A stretch of 64,000 nt of DNA from an uncultured delta proteobacterium (GTDB taxonomy: Bacteria; Desulfobacterota; Binatia; Binatales; Binataceae). Shown one piece after another: positions 1 through 10,765 of this stretch. Positions within the stretch are counted from its first letter, which is position 1. Each line of letters opens with the position of its first letter. The stretch is taken from the NCBI GenBank assembly GCA_963793115.1, contig CAWBYV010000013.1:82611-146610 (forward strand), in the 5' to 3' direction. Below the pieces are notes generated by a model that ran no database searches, was not told where the DNA came from, and saw only the letters and a list, made by a program, of their open reading frames with translations. Made by a program: the position numbers and the translations under genes.

Positions 1-682
1 GGGCGGCTCGGAGGCGATCGTGCCGCTGTGCGCCTTCGGCGCCTCGTTGCTCTCGACCGTCGCGGTCTACCGGCTGGCGATGGTCGATGGGCGGCTGGAG
101 CCGTTCACGCTGCTGCTGGTGGGCGTGATTTTCAACGCGTTCTGGGGCGCGGCGATCATGATCGTGAACGCGATGGTCAACTTTTACGTCGTGCACAGTA
201 TCCTGTTCTGGCTGATGGGAAGTTTCGAGGCGCCCACCTGGCGCGAGGTCGCGACCGTCGGCCGTGCTGGGCGCAATCGGGTTCGGCGCGCTGTTCGCCC
301 ATGCGCGCGACATGAACCTGCTGAGCCTCGGCGACGACGCAGCGAGCGAGCTGGGCGTCGATGTCGATCGGCTGCGCCGCGACGATCTTTATCGCGACCT
401 CGATAATGATCGGCGCGGCGGTTTCGGTCAGCGGGATAATCACGTTCGTCGGGCTGATCGTGCCGCACATGATCCGGCTCGCGCTCGGGCCGGACCATCG
501 CCTGCTGCTGCCGGCCGCGATTCATCGGTGGAGCGGCGTTTACTGATCGTGGCGGATCTGCTCGCGCGTACGATTATCGCGCCGTCTGAGTTTCCGGTCG
601 GCGCGATTACGGCGCTATGCGGCGGACCGTTTTTCGTCTACGTGCTGTGGCGCGGAGGTAAGGCGCTCGCTGCTGGTCGTGA
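1..682 (+). CDS. FecCD/BtuC-family iron-siderophore/heme/B12 ABC transporter permease (5' truncated by window, frameshifted)
   Basis: Fragments [62 protein letters not shown] and [16 protein letters not shown] are spread over several frames. Confidence 0.85.
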
Positions 683-1504
683 ACCCGCCGGCGCGAAATA
701 CCGGGCTCGCGCTGCGGGCGAGCGGGCTCTCGGCGCGGATACGCGGACCGGCAAGTGCTGCGCGAGGTCCTATCGTGGCCGGTGACGCGGCGAATTGTTG
801 GCGATCGTCGGCCCGAACGGCGCGGGCAAATCGACGCTGTTGAAACTGCTCGCCCGCACGCTCGAAGCCCTGGGATGGATCGATCGAATGCTGGGCAAAC
901 CGATCGCGGACTACGATCGGCGCGCCTCGCGCGAATTATGGCGGTGTGGGACAGGAGAACGCGATCGCGTTCCAATACACGGTGCTGGAAGTGGTCTTGA
1001 TGGGCCGCGCGCCTCATCTCGGGCCCTTCAGTTCGAGAGCCCGCGCGATTTCGCAGTTGCGCGCGCGGCGCTCGAGCAGGCTGGGGTTGACCCCGCTCGC
1101 GGGACGTTCCGATGCAGGAGCTGTCGGGCGGCGAGCGAAAGCGCGTGGTGCTCGCGCGCGCGCTGGCGCAGGAGCCGAAGATCGTGCTGCTCGACGAGCC
1201 GACTGCGTTTCTGGACTTGAAGCATATCGCGGAGATCTTCGGGATTTTCAGAGCGCTTTGCGCCACGCGGCGCCTGACCGTGATCGCGACGCTGCACGAT
1301 CTCAATGCGGCGGCGCTGTATGCCGATCGCGTGTTGCTGCTCAAGGACGGCGAAGCCGTCGCCTCGGGCGGTCCCGAGCAGGTGCTGACGGCGGCGAATC
1401 TGCGCGCGGTCTACGACACCGAAGTTTACGTCGGCCGCAATCCCGCAACCGGCGCTGTGATGGTCCTGCCGGGCTCGGTTGACTTGTCGCGCAGGCCCGA
1501 ATGA
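679..1504 (+). CDS. Iron/heme/B12 ABC transporter ATP-binding protein (frameshifted)
   Basis: Walker A GPNGAGKST, signature LSGGERKRV, Walker B LLDEPT, H-loop LHDLN, split across ORFs 795, 946 and 1112. The GTG start at 679 is inferred. Confidence 0.9.
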
Positions 1505-1588
1505 GAGCGTGCCGAAGCAATCATGATTTTGGATTTGCGCCAAATGAGGCGCGGGGCGGCGGTGTCTGCGTTCCAAGAGGACATGAAC

Positions 1589-1834
1589 ATGCGGAAGGCA
1601 AAACGAGAGGACGAGGCACGAGGACTACGAAACCGAGAAGCTCGCCTACGGCGGCAATTGGCTTTGTTCGGGTGCACTCTTCGGAAAAGCCGGAAAGAGC
1701 CCGCGGTGTATGGTTACTTCATTCTCGATCCCAAGGGCTGTTCGTTATGGGATTACAGCCTCAGTCTCACGGGTGCCGAAGAATGCGCAACCAAAATTCA
1801 AAAACACCATACCGGTCGTGTTACTTCACACTAG
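1589..1834 (+). CDS. Small basic hypothetical protein resembling mobile-element-associated proteins
   Basis: GAGGA RBS before ATG 1583/1589. REARLRRQLALFGCTLRKSRK...YGYFILD pattern recalls small phage/ICE proteins (from memory, not searched). Confidence 0.45.
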   Translation: MRKAKREDEARGLRNREARLRRQLALFGCTLRKSRKEPAVYGYFILDPKGCSLWDYSLSLTGAEECATKIQKHHTGRVTSH

Positions 1835-2030
1835 TTGTGGACGGAAACCGGGAGTGAGCAGCGCAGCCTAGACGCAAAAGCTCCGGCCGCGCGAAGAAGT
1901 AGACTCGGCGCGATCGCGGATTCACGACGGCCCCGGTCCCCGGATCGGGGCCTCTCTTTATTTCGGGCGCGGCGGAGAGCAGGATGGCGGCGAGATGGAA
2001 TGATCAGGAACGCGCGGGGTACTTGCGATC

Positions 2031-2948
2031 ATGGCTGAGCCTTACACGATCCATATCTATGTCCCTGACGGCGATCCCGAGGGCATCCGGCTCATCTCGC
2101 GAATGAACTGGACCGGGCTCGGGCTCGCTTTCCCCCGCGCCAAGTGGCCGGAAGTCAGACAGCGCTTTAAGGAGCTTTCTCAGCCGGGCGTTTACATACT
2201 GGTAGGTGATATTGAAGAAGATGACCGACCCACCCTCTATATTGGCCAAGGTGAAGAGGTCCGCAGCCGCGTCGATTTTCACTACCAGAGTAAGGACTTC
2301 TGGAATCGGGGAATCATTTTCATATCGAGTAGCCGTCACTTAAACCGAGCACATATAACTTGGCTTGAGTATGGACTGATAGATCGCGCCGACCGAGTTA
2401 AACGTTGCCACTTGGACAATGGCAACATGCCTCAGGAGCCTGCCCTCGTTGAGGCTGAGAAGGCCGATACGATGAGCTTTCTTAAAGAGATACTTCAGAT
2501 TCTTCCTCTGGTCGGAATTCGGGCGCTTGAGTCCTCGGTTGTAGCCGAACCTAAGGCAACCACTGCCAGCACCATGATCAAGGCAGGCGACGATAAGCCG
2601 GACACTGTCATCGTGCCAGCTCAAAAGGAGAACTTCGAAAAGATGTTCCTCGGCGAGAAATGCTGGTACTCCATCCGTATCTCGGGAGGGATGCTCGAAA
2701 GGATCAAGTTCATCGCCGTCTACGTGGGCGCACCCGTCAAGGCCATCACACACTATGCTCCCGTCAACCGCATCGAGCCTTACGGCGAAACCAGCAAATA
2801 CAAGCTCGTTTTCTCAGAGGCGGCGAAACCAATCGGACCGATCCCGCTGGGAAGGCTAACGCCCGTCGCCATGATGGGTCCGAAATATACGACATTCGAG
2901 AAGCTGAAGGCTGCAACCAAACTATCGGATCTGGTCGGCAGGAGTTGA
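2031..2948 (+). CDS. GIY-YIG nuclease family protein with a C-terminal PUA/EVE-like domain
   Basis: GVYIL...LYIGQGEEVRSRVDFH, later E and N residues of the GIY-YIG core. Separate ~120 aa C-terminal domain DTVIVPAQ...WYSIRI...IKFIAVY...AITHYA. Confidence 0.8.
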   Translation: MAEPYTIHIYVPDGDPEGIRLISRMNWTGLGLAFPRAKWPEVRQRFKELSQPGVYILVGDIEEDDRPTLYIGQGEEVRSRVDFHYQSKDFWNRGIIFISSSRHLNRAHITWLEYGLIDRADRVKRCHLDNGNMPQEPALVEAEKADTMSFLKEILQILPLVGIRALESSVVAEPKATTASTMIKAGDDKPDTVIVPAQKENFEKMFLGEKCWYSIRISGGMLERIKFIAVYVGAPVKAITHYAPVNRIEPYGETSKYKLVFSEAAKPIGPIPLGRLTPVAMMGPKYTTFEKLKAATKLSDLVGRS

Positions 2949-3302
2949 GATCGCACTTGACGCCCCGGTTCCCGATCCGGGAAGCCCCGGCCGCCGCGCG
3001 ATCGATAGGGGGCCGGTCGATGATTCCGGGAAGCCCAGATGGGGGGCGTGTTTACGGGGGATTTCGACGAACCCGACTCCGGTCCCCGGATCGCGGAGAC
3101 CCAAAACGGAAATTCCGGCTAGTACGAATTGGGCCAGCGGGGAGATCGCGCGATGCTAAAGGGGCGAATGGGGAGACGGGCGGGGGCAAAGACGGCCGCC
3201 TTTCAGCCCGGTCGCGCGCAAGGAAGCCTGATCGAGGAACACGGCGGCTCACCACGTCTGCCGCGCCGCCGCATCGAATCCCTAGACTCGCGGCCATTCG
3301 GC

Positions 3303-3905
3303 TTGCGAGTTCTGGCCGTGCTCGTTTTGGTGGTCTCGGGCTGCTCTGCGTCCTTCGAGCAAGGGTTCTACCGGCGGGCTCCTGTGAATGATCGACTTCC
3401 ATTAAGCGCAAAAGTGATCGTGGATTCTCCTGGCTCGGTGACGGAAGGCCTGCTCTACACCGTGAATTTCGAACCGGGGTTGTCGGCGGCAGTTAGCAGC
3501 GCGATTGAGGGAGACTTTGTGCCGCCTCGCGCCAGCGGCCCCGATGTGGTGGTTCACGCAGAAGTTAAGGTGATAACCGACCATCAGGGCTTAGACCAGA
3601 TAGAACTCGACGCGATTTTCTCGGACCCGAGGTCGGGCACAAAGATCACAGGTATCGAGCGCTCGAAGGAAGTCGTCTTAGGGCTCCAATCCGGTTTTCG
3701 CGGCATAGCTGATGCCCTCCTGTTGGCAACGGGAGTCGGTATTCCTATCGCGCTCCAGGATATACTCAACGGCGGTAGAGACGAATACGAACAGGTCACC
3801 GACCAGCTTCTGCAGGACGTGTCGGCTGCCGTGCGCGAAGATTATTCGTTGAAGACCTTCGCCGCCGCTAGGTCGAGCGGCGGCCAATACGCCCGGCCCC
3901 GCTGA
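3303..3905 (+). CDS. Putative lipoprotein, unknown function
   Basis: In-frame TTG 3303 gives LRVLAVLVLVVSGC (lipobox). Open to TGA 3905, with a late hydrophobic Gly-rich segment. Confidence 0.55.
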   Translation: MRVLAVLVLVVSGCSASFEQGFYRRAPVNDRLPLSAKVIVDSPGSVTEGLLYTVNFEPGLSAAVSSAIEGDFVPPRASGPDVVVHAEVKVITDHQGLDQIELDAIFSDPRSGTKITGIERSKEVVLGLQSGFRGIADALLLATGVGIPIALQDILNGGRDEYEQVTDQLLQDVSAAVREDYSLKTFAAARSSGGQYARPR

Positions 3906-4158
3906 ATGAACAGCCCCGCAACCCTCCTGCGCCCGTGCCTCACGTTGACGCGGCCTCCCCCGACCCCGGATCGGGGCCACGTGGCCCGGAAGCGGCCGAA
4001 CGGGCGCGAGATTTGGCGGCCGAGGAGCCCGGATCGGCGGCTCTCCTGTCTCAGCCGGATACTTGGGTTTGGCTTGAATTCGGGGCTGCAGCCGGACTAC
4101 AAATGCCCGAAAACGCCGATAAAATGGGCGGAAATGAGCGATCTAGGTTGCTTGTGCC

Positions 4159-5413
4159 TCAAGCATCCAACTTGAGGTCGAACTTCTGCACGTCAACGGG
4201 CTTCGCATTGCGAAGATCGGCTTCCTCGATCGGCGTCGCCCCGAGCGCCACGCGTGCCGCAACGCCGATATTGTGAATGAGGTCGGCGATTTCCTCGGCT
4301 GTGTATTCCGGGTGAGTTGCGACCATGACCGTGCGGTCGAGGATCTCAAGCGACTTTGCGCACATGTCCCTCGAATAAGTCTTCCGGCAGTCGGCGTTGG
4401 CCGGCATGTTGAACGGGTTCATGGCGGGGTGCGCGGCGCCCGCGCCCATCAGCACCTGGTCCCATTCCGTGTAGGTGTGACGGCCGGTCTTGCCAATGAT
4501 CACGCTCGGGAAGAGCGCGACGAAGCGCTTGGCCGCATCGGCCGAGGGCAGGGTGTACATGACCTGCGTGGCGCAATCGTGATCGGGGCTGTTCATCGGC
4601 GTCGGCTTGCAGCCCGAGATTGCCCAGCGACGCGCGTCGCTCCAAGGATCGTCTTCTTCTCGGCGCGCATCGCGCTGATCATGCCGTCGATGCGGTCGAG
4701 CTGCACGTTGAGCATGGCGCCCATCAATTCGGACGCCCGCGCGCCGTTGCCGGAGAAGGGCTTGACCTCGTCGTTGCGGCCCTGCCAGTAGAAATGGCAG
4801 GGATCGATCGCGCAGCGCGCCCGCTCGGCGATCACGTCGTCGTTGACCGCGACGCCGCCGCCTTCGCCGCAGGTCATGTTCTTGTAGTAGTTGAAGCTGA
4901 AAGCACCGATGTGCCCGATTGAGCCGAGCTTGCGGCCCTCGTAGCCGCCGCCGACGCCCTGGCAGGCGTCTTCGATGACGATGAGGTCGTGGCGCTGCGG
5001 CGATCGCCATGATCGCGTTCATGTCGCACGCGGCGCCCCACATATGAACTGGCACGATGGCTCGCGTGCGCGGCCCGATAGCGGCCTCGATCGCCTTGGG
5101 ATCGATCGTGATGGTTTCGTCGATGTCGACGATCAGCGGGATCGCGCCGACCGTCAGCACCGAAGTCGCGGTCGCCATATAGGTGTGGGACGGGATGATG
5201 ACTTCGTCGCCCGGTCCGAGCCCGACGGCGGTCATCGCCGCGGCGAGCGCATTGCTGCCGCTCGCGGCGAGCGCGAAATGCTTGACGCCGAGATGCTTCG
5301 CGTAGCGCGTTTCGAACGTTTCGCATTCATTGCCGACGCCATAGCGGAAAAGCGCGCTTGGCGCGGATCACGCGCGCGATCGCGTCGATCTCTTCTTGCC
5401 CGACCTGGTACAC
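4159..5413 (-). CDS. DegT/DnrJ/EryC1/StrS family PLP aminotransferase (frameshifted)
   Basis: AGGAGG RBS then GTG 5413 (MYQVGQEEIDAI). Motifs GLGPGDEVIIP, PVHMWG, EDACQ, FSFNYYKNMTCGEGG (PLP lysine) across several frames. Confidence 0.9.
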
Positions 5414-5620
5414 GGGTCCCTCCTGGAAGTCGCACCGAAAAGCGACCCTTCCAGTCTGACGCTAGCATCGGGATCGGTCCAGCAAAACGACCGAGGCTGT
5501 TGCACCTTCGAGCCAATCCCCCCGTCGCGTGCGATTCACACATAGGCAGGTTCGTCCGCGTAGCCCCGACCGACGCGGTGCAGGCCGATCGCAGGTGAGG
5601 ACCGCGACCGGGCAGCGCGA

Positions 5621-6542
5621 CTATGTCGACGCGATCGCCACGCCGATCCTCTCGGCGCCGAGGAACCAGCCGCTGCGGGCGTTGTAGTAGATGCGTAGCT
5701 CTCGGCCGCTCCGCGCGATATCGAACTGATAGACGAATGCGCGCTTCCACCCGCTCCCTTCCGGCCGGAGGATCGGCTCGGGCCGCACCTGCGTCCATGC
5801 GAAGCCGTCCGCCGACGCGAGGAAAAGGATCGCCGAGCGGCTCGCGCCCGCAGCGTCCCGGTAGATCCCGTTCTCGAGGCCGACGAAGCCATCGCCGTCG
5901 CGGAAGACCTTGATCGCGCCCGCACCGAGGTTGCGATACGGATCGTCGCGCGCGGGCGAGAGGATCGGCTGCGCGCGCTTGCGGAACGGCCCCTCCGGCG
6001 CGTCCCCCTCGGCCACGCCCACGTAACGCGGCTCGATGAACAGGCAATCCCTAAGGAAGACCGCGGAGGCGCTGTAGTAGAGGAGGAAGCCCGATCGCCC
6101 CTCGACGAGGCACGGGTTGCCGGTCGCTGCCGGGATCCGGCCCTCCCACGGCAGGGAGGGCTCAAGAACGGTGCGGGGCGCGCTCCAGGAGACGAGGTCG
6201 CTTGACGTGCGGAGCGCCACGACCGAACGGCGCAAGCTCACGTAGTGCTCGTAGAAGAGCAGAAAGCGGTCGCCGACGCGCCGTACGCAGGGCCGCATCC
6301 CCCCGCAGAGAGCGCGGCTCCCGCGCGTCCAGGCGAAGCCGTCCGCGCTCGTGAGGTGGATTCCGTCCGAGGCCATTCGCGAACAGGTGCCAGCGCTCGT
6401 CCGGCGTTGACTCCGGGGGAAGCACCGTGGGGTCCGCGATGATCCACCCGGGCCAGTGCGGTTCGATGAGCGGATTGCCGGGGTGGTCGCGAAACGCGCT
6501 CCACTCTGGCGATGGCGTGTATGCGCTCGCGAACGCTGTCAC
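5621..6542 (-). CDS. Five-bladed beta-propeller glycoside hydrolase-like protein (GH43/32/130-like; frameshifted)
   Basis: HPGNPLIEP...IADPTVL, GNPCLV, LLYYSA, RPEPILRP, LRIYYNA...ERIGVA repeat blades. Join near 6380. Confidence 0.7.
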
Positions 6543-6742
6543 GGCGCGTCCGGTCCTTTCACGGAATTTCCATTTTCAATTCTGAGCCGGTAGCACCGAC
6601 ACCGGGCGTTTTGCAAATGCGAAGTGCGAGCCCGGTTTTAAGTCCAAAGGGGTTTCCAGCGCGCCGCAACGGACCGGTTCTGCCCCGCGTTGGCACGACT
6701 GTACTCCGCCGATGGCGAAAACTGCTACCCTCCCTTTCGACC

Positions 6743-7445
6743 ATGGACACTCCAGCGCGCGGGCTTGCTCTGGTCTTCGACGCCGATGACACGCTGTGGG
6801 ACTCGAATATCCACTTTCTCGAGGCCGAGCAGGCGTTCGTCGATGCGTTGCGCGAGGCGGGGGTGGAAACCGATGCCGCGCGCGTGCGGATGGCGGTCCG
6901 CCGATGCGAGTCCGATATCATCCGCAGCCACGGCTATGGGCGGCGGCCTTATGCGATCGCACTCCAGCGCGTGGCCGATGAGTTGGCGGCGGCGGATCAG
7001 CGCGAGCGCATCCAGGTAATCGTTGCGGAGATCGGCGAGCATCTCAGCAATCGCCATTGCGAGTTGCTGCCGGATGTCGCCGCGACGCTTGCCGAGCTTG
7101 CCACGCGCCATCGCCTGCTGCTCTTCACCAAGGAAGCGCGGCGAGCAAATCCGCAAGCTGGAGCGTTCGGGACTCGCCCGCCACTTCAGCGCGGTAGAAG
7201 TCGCGGCCGAAAAAAACGTCGCCGCCTACCGGACGCTGATCGTAACGGCCGGGCTCGATCCGGCATATAGCTTTATGATTGGCAACAGTCCCCGCTCCGA
7301 TATTAACCCCGCAATCAAGGCGGGGCTGCGCGCGGTCTTCATCCCGCATCCGCACACCTGGGAGCGCGAGCACGAGGAAATCGACCTGAGCGACGCGCGG
7401 ATTGTTTCGATAGCAAGCTTCCTTGGCCTGCTGGATATGTTCTAA
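6743..7445 (+). CDS. HAD-superfamily hydrolase (frameshifted ~7130)
   Basis: Motif I FDADDTLWD, motif IV MIGNSPRSDINPA. Confidence 0.88.
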
Positions 7446-7458
7446 ACTGCTGTTTTAG

Positions 7459-8418
7459 ATGAACACCGCTGAACTGAGCGCCGATCATCCCGACGTACTG
7501 CGCGGTGACGCGCTGCGCGGCAACCGCCGGCACGCCGAGCGAAGGCGCAAGCCCCCGCTCGCGCTTCGTCCGCTCCATCGCGCATGGCGCCGCATGCTCG
7601 ACAACCTCGACGTGACGCGCATCGTGCTGCCGGTGCGCGGGCTTCCCGCCGGACTCGAAGGATTGGTGGCGTGCCAGATCAGCGACTTCCACGTCGATCG
7701 CGACGAGGACGTCGAACGGCTCGGAGCGGCGGTCGCGTTGATCAATCATCATCGTCCCGAGTTCGTCTTTCTGACCGGCGATTACTTTTCGGGACCGTCC
7801 ACGATGCGCCGCTACTTGCCGGCGTTTCAGTCCGCGCTCAGCGAGCTGCGCCCGGTTATCGGCACGTTCGCGATCGCCGGGAATCACGATCACTGGGCCG
7901 GGTTCGATCGAATCGCGGGGGCGCTGACGGCTGCGGGCGTGCAAATCCTGGCGAACGAAAGCCGGCGCGTCGAGGTCCGCAAGCAATCGATCGTGGTGGT
8001 GGGAGTGGACGACCTGTGGTCGCGACGCGCGGAGCCGGCGCGCGCTTTTGCGAAGGTCGGCGCCGGCGATTGCACGATCGTGCTCGCGCACAATCCCGAC
8101 ACCGCGCTCTACCTGCGCCATTTCAATGCCGGAGTGATTCTGTCGGGCCACACCCACGGCGGCGTGGTGCGGATTCCGTTCTACGGCTCGCCGATTCGTT
8201 CGGTCCTGCGGATCGGCCATCAGTTTTATGCCGGGCTCAATCGCTACGAGAATTGCTACATCTACACCAACCGTGGACTGGGCACTTTCTGGGTGAGAAT
8301 CCGGATCAACTGCCGTCCCGAGGTTTCGCGCTTCCATCTCATGCGGATGGCCGACTCGCGGGCGGAGCCGGGCAGCCACACGCGCCTGCCTGACGGATCC
8401 GCCGATAGCGGCGGCTGA
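7459..8418 (+). CDS. Metallophosphoesterase (YkuE/YaeI-like)
   Basis: SDFH, LTGDY, GNHDH, LAHNPD, GHTHGG calcineurin-like motifs. Confidence 0.92.
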   Translation: MNTAELSADHPDVLRGDALRGNRRHAERRRKPPLALRPLHRAWRRMLDNLDVTRIVLPVRGLPAGLEGLVACQISDFHVDRDEDVERLGAAVALINHHRPEFVFLTGDYFSGPSTMRRYLPAFQSALSELRPVIGTFAIAGNHDHWAGFDRIAGALTAAGVQILANESRRVEVRKQSIVVVGVDDLWSRRAEPARAFAKVGAGDCTIVLAHNPDTALYLRHFNAGVILSGHTHGGVVRIPFYGSPIRSVLRIGHQFYAGLNRYENCYIYTNRGLGTFWVRIRINCRPEVSRFHLMRMADSRAEPGSHTRLPDGSADSGG

Positions 8419-8509
8419 CGCTGCCCGGCCGGACTGTAATTGATCGGCGGGCGCGCCTGCGTGCGAAAGTCGAAACGGGGGATCAACTTGTGGGCGAGAG
8501 ACTAGTCTC

Positions 8510-9424
8510 GTGAACGACAAGATAGTCGCAATCGCCTGCGGCGCCGGCTTTTATCGGCGGCGCGATCGCGCGGCGGCTGGGGGCGATCGCCGGCCTGCGG
8601 CCGCGAAAATCCTGACCCCAATCCCGAAGCGGCGCGCCGCCGCTTCGACGGCGCAGCGATCGAATTCGCGCGCGCCGAGATTGCCGATCCCGGCTCGCTT
8701 AAGACCGCGCTGGAGGGTGCGCACGCGATCGTGAACGCGATTCAGTTCGACGGTTATCCGATCGAGAATCCGGCCCGCGGGATTGACCTTCGAGCGCGTC
8801 GATTACGGCGGCACGCTTGCCCTGCTCGCGGCCGGCAAGCTGGCCGGCGCTGGCAGATTCGTCTATATCAGCGGCGCCGCCGCTGACGAATCGAGCAGCC
8901 ACCCGGCATTTCGCGCCAAGGGCAAAGCCGAGCGCGCGATCCGCGAATCGGGAATTCCGTACACGATCCTGCGGCCGTCGCTGGTCTACGGACCGGGGGA
9001 CAAGGTCGTCAGCGGATTCGCGCGCGCACTCAGGTTTGCGCCGCTGTTCCCGGTGCCAGGCACCGGGCGGCAGAAAGTCCAGCCGGTACTGGTCGATGAC
9101 CTCGCGGCGTGTGTGGCGCTCGCGCTCGCCGGACGCGGAGTCAACGGCACCTACGAGATCGGCGGGCCCGAATTGATGACCTTCGATGAACTGATCCGGC
9201 TCGTCATGGAGATCACCGGCCGCCGCAGGCCGATCGTCCATATTCCCGAAGCCCTGATGCGCGCGGCCGGCGCGATCGCCGAGAAGCTGCCGTGGCCGCT
9301 CTTCTCGCGCGACGCAGTGACGTTCGTGACCGCCGACAACGCCTGCGATATCGGACCGCTGGTCGCAGAATTTGGCATCCAGCTTGCGCCTGCCCGCGAA
9401 GGAATGGCTTACTTGGCGCCGTGA
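8510..9424 (+). CDS. NAD(P)-binding atypical SDR/epimerase, complex I NDUFA9-like (frameshifted)
   Basis: GAGFIG-like Rossmann start, ILRPSLVYGPGD, QPVLVDDLA, YEIGGPE. Confidence 0.85.
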
Positions 9425-9426
9425 CC

Positions 9427-9441
9427 ATACTCACTGAGTAT
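9427..9441. promoter_or_regulatory. Perfect palindrome ATACTCA-C-TGAGTAT upstream of the endolysin gene, candidate operator
   Basis: 7-bp arms with a 1-nt spacer, AT-rich in a GC-rich background. Extra inverted pair GTATCACA (9438) / TGTGATAC (9481). Confidence 0.4.
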
Positions 9442-9498
9442 CACACCTGAAATTGCAGAAGAGGCATCCCGAACCGCCGATGTGATACCACGTCGGGT

Positions 9499-10005
9499 GT
9501 GGCATCGGAGTACGACCCGGCTTTCCTGAGCGCGATCAAAAGGCTGCTGACCGACGAGGGCGGCTACACCGACCGTACGCGCGACGCCGGCGGCGCGACC
9601 AGGTTCGGCATCTCCCAGCGCGAGTATCCCCAACTCGATATCAAAAACCTGACCCGCGAGGCTGCGATCGAAATCTACTGGCGAGACTGGTGGTGCAAAT
9701 TCCGCTACGGCGCGCTGCCCTCGCCGCTAGCTTCAAAGATGCTCGATCTGGCCGTGAATATTGGACCGTCGGAGACGGCGCGATGCTTGCAGCGGGCGCT
9801 GCGCGCCTGCGGCGTCGCGATCGCCGAGAATGGGATCCTGGGGCCGTTGACGCGCGCGTCGGCCACGCGCGCCAATCAGGCCGCGCTGATCGCCGCGTTG
9901 CGCAGCGAGGCCGCAGGCTATTACCGGCTCGTCGCCGCGTCGAAGGGCGAGAGCGCAGCCGGCAAAGATTTCCTGGCCGGATGGCTCAACCGTGCTTACG
10001 AGTGA
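9499..10005 (+). CDS. GH108 muramidase (endolysin / TtsA-ZliS-like) with a PG-binding C-terminus
   Basis: EGGY-x5-DAGGATRFGISQ catalytic motif, DLAVNIGP, LQRAL, GILGPLT, FLAGWLNR. No signal peptide. Confidence 0.93.
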   Translation: MASEYDPAFLSAIKRLLTDEGGYTDRTRDAGGATRFGISQREYPQLDIKNLTREAAIEIYWRDWWCKFRYGALPSPLASKMLDLAVNIGPSETARCLQRALRACGVAIAENGILGPLTRASATRANQAALIAALRSEAAGYYRLVAASKGESAAGKDFLAGWLNRAYE

Positions 10006-10061
10006 GCCTGGCCAAGCATCACAAAGGGACCAAACGTCACTGAAAGGGGGATGATTCACGT

Positions 10062-10325
10062 ATGAATCCTGTCGAGACCTCGATAGCGGCGATCGCGATC
10101 ACCACCTTGCTCATAATCGTCACGGTGGTAGTGCTGTTCGCGCTGTTCCATCGCAAGATCGATCAGCTCTACAACGACTTGGCCGATCGCGTGCACAGCG
10201 TCGAGACGGCGATCGCCGGGCAGGGCGAGAAGATCGCCGTGATCCATCATGTCGCGGTCGCCTCGAGCAGCTCCGTGCCGACAACAGCTTCCGCTCCGGC
10301 TTCATCGGCGTCAGGAAAGAACTGA
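10062..10325 (+). CDS. Holin-like small membrane protein
   Basis: 87 aa, one N-terminal TM helix followed by a coiled-coil-like segment. Lies between endolysin and spanins. AAGGGGG RBS. Confidence 0.5.
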   Translation: MNPVETSIAAIAITTLLIIVTVVVLFALFHRKIDQLYNDLADRVHSVETAIAGQGEKIAVIHHVAVASSSSVPTTASAPASSASGKN

Positions 10326-10368
10326 GGCCGCGGCAAGGCGTTTCGCGCGATTTTGCGATGCCGGGACG

Positions 10369-10765
10369 ATGCTGACACTCGCGCAGGCTCTGGAAGCCGC
10401 TGACGCTCACGCTCCTGCTGGCCGCGGGCGCTGCATACCGCGCCGTGCTGATTTATCAGCGGGACGCGGCGCGCGCGCAGGTCGCGAAGCTGACCGCGCA
10501 GAACGCGGCGCTGGCGGCAAGCAATCAGGCCCTGAACTCGGCGATCGCGGCCCAGAACGCCGCGATCGCCGGGTTCAAGGCCAAGGCCGAGAGCGTGGCC
10601 GCGCTCGCGCTCAAGCGCGAGCAGACCGCGGCGCAGGCCGGCGCCGGCGCGCTCGACGCCGCGGCGCGCAGCGCCGCGGCGATCGAGCGCGCGCCGGTGG
10701 ATTCGCAATGCGAGGGCGCGATTCGATGGGGCAACGCGCAGGCGGCGGGGCTGGCAGGATGGTGA
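10369..10765 (+). CDS. Inner-membrane spanin (Rz-like), frameshift near 10385
   Basis: Joined reading ...LWKPLTLTLLLAAGAAYRAVLIYQRD gives an N-terminal TM anchor plus a long Ala-rich coiled coil, ending ...QCEGAIRW. Overlaps the o-spanin start. Confidence 0.65.

Noticed and set aside
1843-1895. GACGCAAAAGCTCCGGCC resembling part of a c-di-GMP-I riboswitch
   Set aside because: Lacks the GNRA-capped P2 hairpin and the closing P1 strand. Local pairing is CCGGGAG/CTCCGG instead, so a chance similarity is likely. An Rfam scan would settle it.
4159-5413. DegT aminotransferase as the missing PhnW
   Set aside because: It is a sugar-aminotransferase family (class I/II fold) rather than the class V PhnW family, and lies over 20 kb from phnAY.
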